Assembly (NCBI GenBank): GCA_037134875.1
Contig: JBAXLH010000001.1
Span: 106,646-170,645 of the forward strand
Reading direction: 5' to 3'
Source of the DNA: a bacterium
Lineage (GTDB): Bacteria; Patescibacteriota; Minisyncoccia; Phycocordibacterales; DATDWN01
DNA length: 64,000 nucleotides
In this document: piece by piece, positions 1-10,173 of the stretch
Layout of the letters: each line of letters opens with the position of its first letter
How positions within the stretch are numbered: the stretch's first letter is position 1
Translations under genes and position numbers: made by a program
Notes under the pieces: generated by a model
Seen by the model: the letters and a program-made list of their open reading frames with translations, nothing else
Told to the model about the DNA's origin: nothing
Database searches by the model: none

Positions 1-2948
1 AAGACAGATTTCGACTTGTTCTCCTTGCAGTAGATCAGATTGGCTACAAAAATCTCATCAAACTTGTTACATATTCACACATCGAGGGTTTCTATTACAA
101 ACCACGACTCGACAGAGAACTGTTGGAAAAATATAAAGAAGGTTTGATTGCCATCTCGCCGTCATTTGCTGGAGATGTAGTCAAATCACTCACTCTTCGT
201 GACAAAGAAAAAGCTCTGGAAAAAGTGGAGTGGTACAAAAAAACATTTGGATCGGAAAATTTCTTTTTGGAAATCACTCATCATCCAGAAATAAAAGGCC
301 ACGAGGAAAAAATGAAAAACCTTGTCGATTTTGCCCGCGAAACAAATATAAATATAATGGCAGCACACGATGTGTACTATCTAGACCCAGCCGACCGGCT
401 CGCTCGCGAAACACTTATGGCAGTGCAAAACAACGCGGATATTTCTGACAAAATGAGCTCTGGCGACACCGAGGATTTTTCTTTTATTTCTCCAGAAAAA
501 GCAGAAGAATTTTTTGCGAGCCTACCAGATGCACTCCAAAACACTGAAAAAATAGCCGAGAGGTGCAATCTCGCACTCACACTCGGTAAATGGCTTTTCC
601 CGCAGTACATCGTGGAAAGTGGACTTTCTGCTGATGATGAGCTCCGCAAAATCACAGAGGAAGGAATAGCAAAGCGCGGAGTACCAGACACACCCGAGAC
701 TCGCGAGAGAATGAACTACGAACTCAAAGTCATTGGCGACAAAGGATATGCACCATACTTTCTGGTGGTGTCCGACCTCTTGCGATTTGCCAGGGAAAAA
801 GGAATTCTCTCAAACATTCGAGGTTCGGTGTCCGGCTCTCTTGTTACGTATCTCTCCGGCATTACAAACATCAACCCAATTGAATATGAAATTCCATTCG
901 AGCGATTTCTCAATCCCGATCGACCATCCGCTCCCGATATTGATATGGACTTTGCCGACGACAGACGTGACGAAATGATTGAATATGCACGAGAAAAATA
1001 TGGTGCAGACAAAGTTGCACAAATCGGAACATTTGGAACAATGGCTGCGCGCGGATCCGTGAGGGACGTGACACGCGCAATGGGACTTCCGTACGGAGTC
1101 GGAGACTCGATAGCCAAACTGATTCCGATGGGTTCACAAGGTTTTCCAATGACCATCGACAAAGCAATGGAAGATGTTGAGGAACTCAAAGAAAGATACA
1201 AAAATGAACCCGACGTCAAAAAGATTATTGATATGGCGAAAAAAATTGAAGGTTGCGCCAGACATATGGGAGTTCACGCAGCTGGTGTGGTGATTTCTCC
1301 GATGCCACTCACTGATATTGTACCGCTACAATACGATCCAAAAGGCGAAGGGAAAATTATCACGCAATACGATATGTATAGTGTGGACGAAAACAATGCC
1401 GGACTTTTGAAATTTGACTTTCTTGGTCTCAAAAACCTTTCAATCATCGCCGACACAATCAACCTCATCAAACATACAACTGGTGTAGTTGTTGACCCCG
1501 ACACAATGCCGATCAATGACAAAAAAACATTTCAGATGCTCGCCAAAGGAGACACGACTGACCTCTTTCAGCTCAATGGCGAAGGAATGACAAAATTTTT
1601 GGTTGATCTCAAGCCAAATACAATCCACGATATCAATGCCATGGTGGCACTCTACCGTCCTGGTCCAATTCAATTCATTCCCGACTACATCAAGCGAAAA
1701 CATAATCCGAAACTCATCACATATCTCGATCCAGCACTCGAACCGATTTTGAAAAAAACAAATGGAATTTTGGTGTACCAAGACGACCTCCTCATGATGG
1801 CACACAAACTCGCTGGTTATACTTGGGGTGAGGTAGACAAATTCCGCAAAGCCGTCGGTAAAAAAATCCCCGAAGAAATGGAAAAACAAAAAGAAAAATT
1901 TATAAACGGCTGTGTCGAACATTCCGGGTGGCCACTTAGGAAAGCACAGGAAATCTGGGGCTGGATCGAGCCCTTTGCGTCGTACGGTTTCAACAAAGCA
2001 CACTCGGTTTCCTATGGACGAGTGGCGTATCAGACTGCATACCTCAAAGCAAACTTTCCCGCAGAATATATGGCGAGTGTCCTCACACACGAGGCCGGCG
2101 ATGTAGACAAAGTCGCCGAATCAATCGCGGAATGTAAACGAATCGGCATTAGTATTTTGCCACCAGACATAAATGAATCGTTCAAGGATTTTACTGTTAT
2201 CAAATCAACCGGAGATGGCAAGGCAGATGCAATCCGTTTCGGACTCAAGACAATTAAAAACTTTGGCGAAGGAATTGCAGACTCTATTATTGCCGAGCGC
2301 AAAAAAAATGGACCGTTCACCAGTCTCTCAGAATTTCTCACTCGTGTGACAGACAAAAATCTCAACAAAAAATCTTTGGAGTCTCTCATCAAAGCCGGTG
2401 CACTCGATGCATTCAGTGACAGGCATACGCTCCTCCACAACCTCGACCGACTCCTGACATTTCACAAAGAAGAAAGCACAAAAGAGTCTGCTCAAGATTC
2501 CCTCTTTTCTCTTTTTGGTGGAGGTGGTCACTCAGAGCTAGCTCTAGAAAAAGCTCCGACGAGTAATCCGACTGATCAGCTCCTGTGGGAAAAAGAACTT
2601 CTGGGATTGTACATTTCTGGTCACCCACTCGACAGCTTCAAACAAAAACTTGCAACTCGTGACACAGATATCAAAAAAATAAAAGAGCGATCAAAAGATA
2701 AACAAACCGTCGTCTTTGGTGGCATTATTGAAGAAATGAAAGATATCGTCACAAAAAAAGGAGACAAAATGCTGTTCCTCCGTGTCGCTGATATGTCTGA
2801 CTCGATTGAGTGCGTGGTATTTCCAAAAGTTCTTGAGGAATTTCAAGATGTGCTCATTCCGGAAGCCTGTATTGTCATCAAAGGCACATTTTCTACACGC
2901 AATGAAGGCAAAAGTGTTATCGCGGAGAAAATAAAAGCTTTGGAATAA
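1..2948 (+). CDS. dnaE: DNA polymerase III alpha subunit (5'-truncated by window)
   Basis: Frame is open from base 3 (GYKNLIKLVTYSHIEGFYYKPR, PHP domain); RGS, FERFLNPDR, PDIDMDF, HAAGVVI, GLLKFDFLGL, YGFNKAHS motifs; C-terminal OB fold. Confidence 0.98.
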   Translation, partial: DRFRLVLLAVDQIGYKNLIKLVTYSHIEGFYYKPRLDRELLEKYKEGLIAISPSFAGDVVKSLTLRDKEKALEKVEWYKKTFGSENFFLEITHHPEIKGHEEKMKNLVDFARETNINIMAAHDVYYLDPADRLARETLMAVQNNADISDKMSSGDTEDFSFISPEKAEEFFASLPDALQNTEKIAERCNLALTLGKWLFPQYIVESGLSADDELRKITEEGIAKRGVPDTPETRERMNYELKVIGDKGYAPYFLVVSDLLRFAREKGILSNIRGSVSGSLVTYLSGITNINPIEYEIPFERFLNPDRPSAPDIDMDFADDRRDEMIEYAREKYGADKVAQIGTFGTMAARGSVRDVTRAMGLPYGVGDSIAKLIPMGSQGFPMTIDKAMEDVEELKERYKNEPDVKKIIDMAKKIEGCARHMGVHAAGVVISPMPLTDIVPLQYDPKGEGKIITQYDMYSVDENNAGLLKFDFLGLKNLSIIADTINLIKHTTGVVVDPDTMPINDKKTFQMLAKGDTTDLFQLNGEGMTKFLVDLKPNTIHDINAMVALYRPGPIQFIPDYIKRKHNPKLITYLDPALEPILKKTNGILVYQDDLLMMAHKLAGYTWGEVDKFRKAVGKKIPEEMEKQKEKFINGCVEHSGWPLRKAQEIWGWIEPFASYGFNKAHSVSYGRVAYQTAYLKANFPAEYMASVLTHEAGDVDKVAESIAECKRIGISILPPDINESFKDFTVIKSTGDGKADAIRFGLKTIKNFGEGIADSIIAERKKNGPFTSLSEFLTRVTDKNLNKKSLESLIKAGALDAFSDRHTLLHNLDRLLTFHKEESTKESAQDSLFSLFGGGGHSELALEKAPTSNPTDQLLWEKELLGLYISGHPLDSFKQKLATRDTDIKKIKERSKDKQTVVFGGIIEEMKDIVTKKGDKMLFLRVADMSDSIECVVFPKVLEEFQDVLIPEACIVIKGTFSTRNEGKSVIAEKIKALE

Positions 2949-2951
2949 AAG

Positions 2952-3167
2952 GAAACAAACTAAATTCTCCAAGACACGCATAAAGCCCTACTGGGGCTTT
3001 TGCTATGCTCGGAAATCAAGAAAACAATCGTCCTCACTCCAGAGCCTTCTCGCAAACTCGCTTTGCTCGCCCCTTCTTGCAGAGGGGTTGAGTGCTTCAG
3101 GCTTCTTTCCGTTCGTCGTTGTTTTCTAATTTCCTGCGCAATGTCTTGGATAATTCAGTTTGTTTCT
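2952..3167. repeat. Structured dispersed repeat family A, copy 1
   Basis: Core 3000-3149 nearly identical to 50652-50801; nested inverted repeats (GAAACAAACTAAATT/AATTCAGTTTGTTTC, TCCAAGACA/TGTCTTGGA, AGAAAACAA/TTGTTTTCT). Confidence 0.9.
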
Positions 3168-3243
3168 TCAAATATCATAATTAATACAAAAAAAAGATCA
3201 CTGGGCGTACCATATGATCATTATTGTGTCCGCAGACACATAT

Positions 3244-4158
3244 CTATTTTAAGATTTTCGAATCGACTCCGGTCGTGTTGCAGATCCGGGCTTTCACATT
3301 GAACTTAGAAATTATGGATCGGAAATCGTCCTCGTGTACAAATCCGTACACAATTGCCACATTGGTTTTCCCTGTGGCTTGCATATCTCGGAGAGCTTTG
3401 GTGACAACATAGGCACTCCTCATCTCCGACAACGACGTAATAAGGGAACGTGTATTTGAAACCGGAAATTCCCTATTAACAAGTTTTGCCATAAGTGCAG
3501 TAAATGGCAGTGACTCGCCCGCCACAAAGTTTGCACTCGTGTCAGCTTCAATCTTTCTCCAATCATTTTGTGACGTCCATCTGCCACGCAACAATTCCAC
3601 AAGCTTTGGAACAGTCTGCATTGGAGATGTAACATCCACTCCCTGATCTCGCAAAAAGCTTGCGAGTGGAGAATTCTTTTCATATTTCAATCTTCCAAAT
3701 ATCTCCATGGCTTCTGCTACTGGAGAGAAACCATCGAGACTTGATCCTTCCATCAGGATCATTTCGTATTTATTTTTTTGAATGAAATCCGAAATGAGTT
3801 TTCTGCTTTGTGATGGATCAAACCGAACCGCCTGACCCGTAGTAGCATCCTCATGGATCTGCAAAAGAAAATCTATCGAACCTTTTGTCTCAGAATTCGA
3901 CAGTGCCTTGAATGAAGTACGAAGTCGTTCGCACTCATTAATTACATCAGATGCAAGCAGAGACTCTTGCGGAGATCTCTTGCTGACGACCTGCATAATT
4001 TCAATAATATAATCCAGCTCACGATCCAAATTGACCGCGCCTGTGGTTTGTTGTACCACTTCACAGACACCAACATCCGTCTGTTTGAAAAGTCTCGGAA
4101 TGTACACGACGGCAATCCCGAGTACTAGCAAACCTACAAAAATCTTTGCTTTTTTCAT
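3244..4158 (-). CDS. Hypothetical membrane-anchored protein
   Basis: Long ORF; probable start MKKAKIFVGLLVLG (N-terminal hydrophobic helix); C-terminal AIVYGFVH motif. Confidence 0.75.
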   Translation of the reverse strand: MKKAKIFVGLLVLGIAVVYIPRLFKQTDVGVCEVVQQTTGAVNLDRELDYIIEIMQVVSKRSPQESLLASDVINECERLRTSFKALSNSETKGSIDFLLQIHEDATTGQAVRFDPSQSRKLISDFIQKNKYEMILMEGSSLDGFSPVAEAMEIFGRLKYEKNSPLASFLRDQGVDVTSPMQTVPKLVELLRGRWTSQNDWRKIEADTSANFVAGESLPFTALMAKLVNREFPVSNTRSLITSLSEMRSAYVVTKALRDMQATGKTNVAIVYGFVHEDDFRSIISKFNVKARICNTTGVDSKILK

Positions 4159-4240
4159 TTTTGCTCCAAAAATAAAATAACATAAAATTTGAAGTATTGT
4201 CAATGTCTACCAAATTCACAAAAAGTGTTATATTTGTTAT

Positions 4241-5998
4241 ATGGAAAACAAAAATCTAGAGCTTGTTCGTCATTCCCTCTCACACCTTATGAGTATGGCG
4301 GTGCAAGAAATTTATCCGCAGGTTGGTCTCGGGGTTGGACCAGTTATTGAAAATGGTTTTTATCAGGACTATGACTTCCCCGAAGTCGTCACTCCGGAGC
4401 TTTTGCCAAAACTCGAAAAGAGAATGCGCGAACTCATCAAAGAAAACATAAAATTTGAGCAACACGATATAGATTTTGATACAGCTTTGAAACTCTACAA
4501 AAATGATCCATACAAAACAGAACTCATTAACGACCTCAAAACTGCTGGCGAGAAAAAAGTTAGCTTTTACAAATCCGGTGATTTTGATAACCTCTGCGCC
4601 GGTCCACACGTTGCCTCCACAAAAGAAATCAAACCAGACGCATTCAAGCTAACCCATATCGCCGGAGCATATTGGCGTGGCAATGAAAAAAATAAAATGC
4701 TTACTCGTATTTACGGTATTGCATTTGATTCAAAACAAGATTTGGAAGCGTATGAACTGCAACAAGAGGAGGCACGCAAACGCGACCACCGCATACTCGG
4801 CAAACAACTCGAGCTTTTTACATTTTCACCACTTGTTGGCTCGGGACTACCACTTTGGCTTCCCAAAGGTGCAACAGTTCGTCGTGTTATCGAGCGATTT
4901 ATTGTAGACACAGAACTCGAATGGGGATATTTGCATGTAAACACTCCTGACCTCGCCAAAATTGATCTCTACAAAACTTCCGGCCATTATCCATACTACA
5001 AAGAGTCAATGTATCCGCCAATCAAAATCGATGACGAGGAATTTATGCTCCGTCCGATGACATGCCCCCATCATTTTCAGATTTTTACTGACAAACCGAG
5101 AAGTTACAAAGAATTGCCAATGCGTATTGCCGAGCTGGCAAAACTATACAGATACGAAGCATCTGGCGAACTTACAGGACTTTTGCGTGTTCGAGGATTT
5201 TGTCTTGCCGACGCACATATTATTTGTGCCGACAGAGACCAAGCAAAAATGGAAGTGACTCAGGCACTCGACCTTATTGACTACGTTTCAAAAGTTTTTG
5301 GTCTCAAACAAGACATTGACTACTGGTACCGACTTTCAAAAGGCGACAGAAATGATGAGAAAAAATATTATAAAAATGACCAAGGCTGGGACGAGGGCGA
5401 ACAAGTGCTCCGAGAGGTTTTGCAAGAAAGAAAATGCAAGTTTTATGAAGCAGAAAATGAAGCCGCTTTTTATGGACCAAAAATTGATGTCCAAATGAGA
5501 GATGTGCGAGGAAAAGAAAATACTGCGTTTACCGTGCAATACGATTTCTGCCTACCAGATCGATTTGATTTGAAATATGTAAACAAAGAAGGTAAAGAAC
5601 AACGAGCACTCGTCGTGCACAGATCATCTGTCGGAGCTATCGAACGAGTGATGGCATTCCTCATCGAGCATTACGCCGGCAACTTCCCTCTCTGGCTCGC
5701 ACCAGTGCAAGTCAAAGTGATTCCTGTTCGAACAAACCACAACGAGTATGCAAAAAGGGTGTACGAGCTTTTGCGAAAAGCAGATGTGCGAGTGGAGTTT
5801 GATGATGCAGACTCAAACCTCGGTGGCAAAGTTCGTGACGCAAAAAATAACAAAATTCCATACTGGATTGTTATCGGAGACAAAGAAGTTGAAGCAAACG
5901 AAGTCACACTGGAGTCTCGTGACGCCGGACAAATCGGTAAAATGTCAGTCGATGATCTCACCAAAAAATTGACTGAAGAAATAAGAGAGAAAAAATAA
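4241..5998 (+). CDS. thrS: Threonine--tRNA ligase
   Basis: HSLSH, LCAGPHV, GAYWRG, RDHRILG, RPMTCPHH, AAFYGPKID, WLAPVQV motifs; lacks the N-terminal TGS domain. Confidence 0.98.
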   Translation: MENKNLELVRHSLSHLMSMAVQEIYPQVGLGVGPVIENGFYQDYDFPEVVTPELLPKLEKRMRELIKENIKFEQHDIDFDTALKLYKNDPYKTELINDLKTAGEKKVSFYKSGDFDNLCAGPHVASTKEIKPDAFKLTHIAGAYWRGNEKNKMLTRIYGIAFDSKQDLEAYELQQEEARKRDHRILGKQLELFTFSPLVGSGLPLWLPKGATVRRVIERFIVDTELEWGYLHVNTPDLAKIDLYKTSGHYPYYKESMYPPIKIDDEEFMLRPMTCPHHFQIFTDKPRSYKELPMRIAELAKLYRYEASGELTGLLRVRGFCLADAHIICADRDQAKMEVTQALDLIDYVSKVFGLKQDIDYWYRLSKGDRNDEKKYYKNDQGWDEGEQVLREVLQERKCKFYEAENEAAFYGPKIDVQMRDVRGKENTAFTVQYDFCLPDRFDLKYVNKEGKEQRALVVHRSSVGAIERVMAFLIEHYAGNFPLWLAPVQVKVIPVRTNHNEYAKRVYELLRKADVRVEFDDADSNLGGKVRDAKNNKIPYWIVIGDKEVEANEVTLESRDAGQIGKMSVDDLTKKLTEEIREKK

Positions 5999-6009
5999 AA
6001 AATAAAAAC

Positions 6010-6141
6010 AACCCAAAACTTTCACAATTTGGATGAGATTCGACGTTGAGAAATAAAAAATACTCGGAGACGTACAAGAGTACGTTGACGAGTATTTTTT
6101 ATTTCGAAACTAGAATATCGCCAAATTTGGAAGTTTTGGTT
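6010..6141. repeat. Structured palindromic repeat family B, copy 1 (between convergent thrS and gyrB)
   Basis: Long imperfect hairpin GAAATAAAAAATACTCG/CGAGTATTTTTTATTTC with apical GGAGACGTAC-AAGA-GTACGTTGACGA. Confidence 0.75.
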
Positions 6142-8272
6142 AGATGTCGAGAGTGGCAGTGTTGGCGTTTGACTGTATAAACGACTTTCTCGCCGGCACA
6201 TCCGTACCCATAAGCACATCAAAAACTTTGTCGGCAGCAACAGTATCCGCGATAGCGACTTGGAGCAAAATTCTGCGAGCCGGATCCATTGTTGTCTCCC
6301 AAAGTTCCTCGGCGTTCATTTCTCCGAGACCTTTGTATCGCTGAATAGAAATTTTGGATGTTTTTGGTTTGTCGTCTTTTTTGCCTTTTTTGTTTTCTGT
6401 TTCTTCCGATTCCTCGTCTTCGTCAGTAGCTTCTTCGCCACTTTCTACCTCGACAATCTCATCTTCTTTCACATCTTTTCCGACAATAGCAAACTTCTCT
6501 TCGTCTGAATATGCATAATGAACCTCCTTTCCTTTTTTGATTTTGAAAAGTGGTGGCTGTGCGATGTACACAAAACCTCCATCGATGAGCGGACGGAAAA
6601 ATCTATACAACAAAGTCAAAATGAGTGTGCGAATATGTGCGCCGTCCACGTCGGCATCTGTTGCAATAATTATTTTGTGATAGCGGAGTTTAGAAATATC
6701 AAACGTATCTCCGATCGCAGTGCCGAGAGCCACGACAAGATTTTTGATTTGCTCAGACTCGAGCATTCTATCGAGTCGCGCTCTCTCGATGTTGAGAATT
6801 TTTCCTCGCAAAGGAAGTATCGCCTGTGTACGTCGGTCACGACCGGTTTTTGCTGTACCTCCAGCAGAATCTCCCTCCACAATAAAGAGTTCTGACTCCT
6901 CTGCTGATTTGCTCTGACAGTCAGCAAGCTTGCCAGGAAGCGTCATTCCCTCGAGTGCACCTTTGCGGAGCACCGAATCCTTTGCGGCTTTTGCTGCCTT
7001 TCGAGCTTTGAGTGCGAGCACAACTTTGCCAATGATGGCCTTTGCGTCGTCAGGATTTTCTTCCAAAAAGTAATTGAACGCCTCTGAGAAAACAGAGTTT
7101 ACACTCGCCTGTGCCTCCACAGTTCCGAGTTTTGCTTTTGTTTGTCCTTCAAACTGAATTTCACGGAGCTTTACAGAGATAACGGCAGTAAGTCCTTCGA
7201 GCACATCCTCGCCAGTAAAATTGTCTTCACTTTCTTTTATCAGATTATTTTTTCGGCCATAGGCATTGAGTGTTCGTGTCAGAGCAGTTTTGAAACCAGT
7301 CACGTGTGTACCGCCTTCTGGGTTATAAATATTGTTTGCAAATGGCAAAATACGAGAAGAAATATCATCAACATATTGGAGCGAAACTTCGACTGACTCG
7401 TACTCGTTTGTCTTTTTTTCTATATAGAAAACATTTTTGTGAATTGGCTTGAGCGTACTGTTATAAAATTTGACGAGAGAGAGCAAGCCACCTTCGAAAT
7501 AAAATGACATTGATGGAATCTCCAAACCGAGCTCGGAAATTTTGAATACATCATCATCTTTTATTTTGCCAATATATTCACTCGCATCATTGACTGTAAT
7601 ATGCAAACCTTTGACGAGATATGCCTGCTGGCGAAGATGATCAACAACACGCTTGGCGTCAAATTTTATTTCTGGGAAAATCGCTGGGTCTGGCTCAAAT
7701 GTTACAATCGTGCCTGTGAGTTTTGTGCTACCGATTTTTTTGACCGCAGCTTTTTTCTTGCCTTGTGAATATTCCTGCATGTAAATACCACCCTCCTTGT
7801 GAACAACGACTTTACAATAAATAGAAAGTGCGTTGACCACAGATGCACCCACACCGTGGAGACCTCCGGAAACTTTGTATCCACCATCCTCACCACCAAA
7901 TTTTCCTCCAGCGTGGAGAGTAGTCATAATCGTTTCCAGAGCAGAAACTTTTGTTTGTTTGTGAATATCCACCGGAATACCTCGGCCGTTGTCTGTGACA
8001 CGAATGCGATTGTCTGGGAGCAGAGTCACTTCTATTTCGTCTGCAAAACCTCCCATCGCTTCATCGCGAGAGTTATCAAAAATTTCCCAAATGAGATGGT
8101 GGAGTCCGTCTGGACCAGTCGTACCAATGTACATTCCCGGTCGCTTTCGCACCGGTTCTAGTCCTTCCAAAATCTGGATTGCATCTGCACCATAACTGTC
8201 TTTCTTTGACTCGCCGTAGCCTTTGCCGGAGGCAGTTTTGGCCGTTTTTTCAGCCTTTTTTGATGTCGCCAT
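6140..8272 (-). CDS. gyrB: DNA gyrase subunit B
   Basis: LEPVRKRPGMYIG, DNGRGIP, SGGLHGVG, VEGDSAGG, PLRGKILN, DADVDGAHI, QRYKGLGEMN. Confidence 0.97.
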   Translation of the reverse strand: MATSKKAEKTAKTASGKGYGESKKDSYGADAIQILEGLEPVRKRPGMYIGTTGPDGLHHLIWEIFDNSRDEAMGGFADEIEVTLLPDNRIRVTDNGRGIPVDIHKQTKVSALETIMTTLHAGGKFGGEDGGYKVSGGLHGVGASVVNALSIYCKVVVHKEGGIYMQEYSQGKKKAAVKKIGSTKLTGTIVTFEPDPAIFPEIKFDAKRVVDHLRQQAYLVKGLHITVNDASEYIGKIKDDDVFKISELGLEIPSMSFYFEGGLLSLVKFYNSTLKPIHKNVFYIEKKTNEYESVEVSLQYVDDISSRILPFANNIYNPEGGTHVTGFKTALTRTLNAYGRKNNLIKESEDNFTGEDVLEGLTAVISVKLREIQFEGQTKAKLGTVEAQASVNSVFSEAFNYFLEENPDDAKAIIGKVVLALKARKAAKAAKDSVLRKGALEGMTLPGKLADCQSKSAEESELFIVEGDSAGGTAKTGRDRRTQAILPLRGKILNIERARLDRMLESEQIKNLVVALGTAIGDTFDISKLRYHKIIIATDADVDGAHIRTLILTLLYRFFRPLIDGGFVYIAQPPLFKIKKGKEVHYAYSDEEKFAIVGKDVKEDEIVEVESGEEATDEDEESEETENKKGKKDDKPKTSKISIQRYKGLGEMNAEELWETTMDPARRILLQVAIADTVAADKVFDVLMGTDVPARKSFIQSNANTATLDI

Positions 8273-8382
8273 AGGTATATATTATAGCAAAAAAAGGTAA
8301 GGACAACAAGTGAATTTTGTGTGGATTTTTATATAAAAAAATCCCAGCAGAATGCTCTTTGAGCACCCCACTGGGTTAATTA

Positions 8383-8934
8383 TTACCTACCTTTTGAGGG
8401 ACAGACTAGTCTGTCCGGAAGCTTGAATGGAAACGCGTTGATCCGTATTTCCATATAACCCGGGCCGGTTTCTTTCCCGGCCGGATTTTTCATAAGCGAC
8501 CACGTTGCTTCCGCAGTGGCCGGTGAAAAAAGTCCGTTAGGATCAGCTTGTGGAAGCCGAGTCGCTCCATAATGCCTGTCAGAACCAGGAGCTTTCAGGT
8601 TGTACGTCTGAACCGTCTCCGGTGCTGTGTACTGGGTAGCATACGGCAAGGGATACCCTACCGTTTCCCCCATATACAGGAAGCAGGCATTATAATCACT
8701 GAAGACATACGTATACGTGATCAAACCTGTCTGGTCACGTAGCTCCAGAATATCCTTAGCAAGCTTTCGCTCACGGAAATTCTTGATATTCGGCATACCC
8801 GTCTGGGCAGTAGCCTCATTCAAAAGTTTATTCTGCTGATCCCGTTGGACGTCGTTACTCGTCGGAGGCGGGGCACAAGCACAGCAAATCAAAAGAATGA
8901 AAATCGAAATGATTGCGATGATGTTTTTCAGCAT
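8383..8934 (-). CDS. Putative lipoprotein, phage-like hypothetical
   Basis: Hydrophobic signal ending in Cys-rich CCAC; PYATQYTAP and LPQADPNGLFSP segments. Confidence 0.7.
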   Translation of the reverse strand: MLKNIIAIISIFILLICCACAPPPTSNDVQRDQQNKLLNEATAQTGMPNIKNFRERKLAKDILELRDQTGLITYTYVFSDYNACFLYMGETVGYPLPYATQYTAPETVQTYNLKAPGSDRHYGATRLPQADPNGLFSPATAEATWSLMKNPAGKETGPGYMEIRINAFPFKLPDRLVCPSKGR

Positions 8935-8967
8935 GATGACCTTTTCTCTTACAACGGAACCTCAATA

Positions 8968-9345
8968 CTACCGAGCTTCCATTCGTTCCTTGGTCAATTG
9001 TGCAATGAATGATCTCAGATCCGCCGGAACAATCGGATCTTCCATATTGAAACCAGATGTGCGATGCAAAATGATGCTAGCCAGAGCATCCTTTGCATTC
9101 TTGTCCGGGGTCTTAATATAGTCGAACCTCATGTTTTGAAGTTCCTGTACCATACCCGCGTTCCAAGAACGCGTTTGCTCGAAGACTTGCCGTTCGGCGG
9201 CAGCTTGCTTCGGCGCGAAATATTTGTACATAAAGAAATCATTGCCCTGGAAGACCCACGTCAGGGCCAAAACAACGATAACAAAAACGAGAAGATAAAA
9301 CACCATCTTCCCTATCGAAATATCATCGTAATCGGACATTTGCAA
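8968..9345 (-). CDS. Hypothetical single-pass membrane protein
   Basis: N-terminal TM helix, then helical soluble region; co-oriented directly upstream of the lipoprotein. Confidence 0.7.
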   Translation of the reverse strand: MQMSDYDDISIGKMVFYLLVFVIVVLALTWVFQGNDFFMYKYFAPKQAAAERQVFEQTRSWNAGMVQELQNMRFDYIKTPDKNAKDALASIILHRTSGFNMEDPIVPADLRSFIAQLTKERMEAR

Positions 9346-9511
9346 CTTCCCTTTCAGAGAACAATTTCGTGATAGACATCACGAGTGAGCGGGTCACCAA
9401 GAATAGTTCCCGTACCGCGCGTATTTATAGCATACATAATTTTGCCTGTCAATAATAGTTTTTATTGACCTTTCGGGGTATTTAGAATAGTCTTTGTGGC
9501 GGAAGTGACAA

Positions 9512-10066
9512 ATGATATATCTCGCACGGCATGGCCGAAGTAAATATAATAATGAGGAATTGCTCAATGGGCAATTTGATGACCCACTCATTGAACAAGG
9601 AGAAAAAGAAGCCGAAATTTTGGCAAAAAAAGCTAGGATGTTGAGAATCGAGGAAATTTATTCTTCTCAACTCATCCGAGCATTTGTGACCGCAAGGATT
9701 GTTGCAACTACACTTGGAATAAGCAAAATAACTTCTCTCAAAGGTTTAAACGAAAGAGACTTTGGTAAGCTGACGCACCAGCCTGTCAGCAAAATCATTG
9801 AACTCTCCGATGTTGTTTTGAGAGCAAATGAAAATTCCATTTTTTGTTTGTCAGGACTTGGTGTGGAAACTTTTCCAAAACTCATTCAACGATTGAAACC
9901 AATATACCACGAACTTGTAAAGTGGAGATATTCAAAAGAGAGCATTCTTGTTGTGAGCCACGGCGATGTAATGAAAGCACTCGAAACAATTCATCGGGAT
10001 GTTGACTACCAACAAGTCCTGATGGAAGGACATTATCCGAACTGTCACATTGTACATTTGAAATAG
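9512..10066 (+). CDS. Histidine phosphatase family protein
   Basis: YLARHG, LNERDFG, VVSHG motifs. Confidence 0.92.
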   Translation: MIYLARHGRSKYNNEELLNGQFDDPLIEQGEKEAEILAKKARMLRIEEIYSSQLIRAFVTARIVATTLGISKITSLKGLNERDFGKLTHQPVSKIIELSDVVLRANENSIFCLSGLGVETFPKLIQRLKPIYHELVKWRYSKESILVVSHGDVMKALETIHRDVDYQQVLMEGHYPNCHIVHLK

Positions 10067-10173
10067 TTCTGTTTATTTTATAATACTGCCGATAACGATC
10101 GGTGGTTTTTCTTTTTCCGGACAAACACCGCAAACCTTGAATTGTCGGCGAAATTGATTTACAATAAAAAATT

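Noticed and set aside
95-2981. Many 60-216 aa overlapping ORFs antisense to dnaE and other long genes
   Set aside because: Shadow ORFs with no motifs, opposite well-supported genes.
3000-3302. 100-aa ORF
   Set aside because: Lies over repeat family A and antisense to a longer gene; no protein features.
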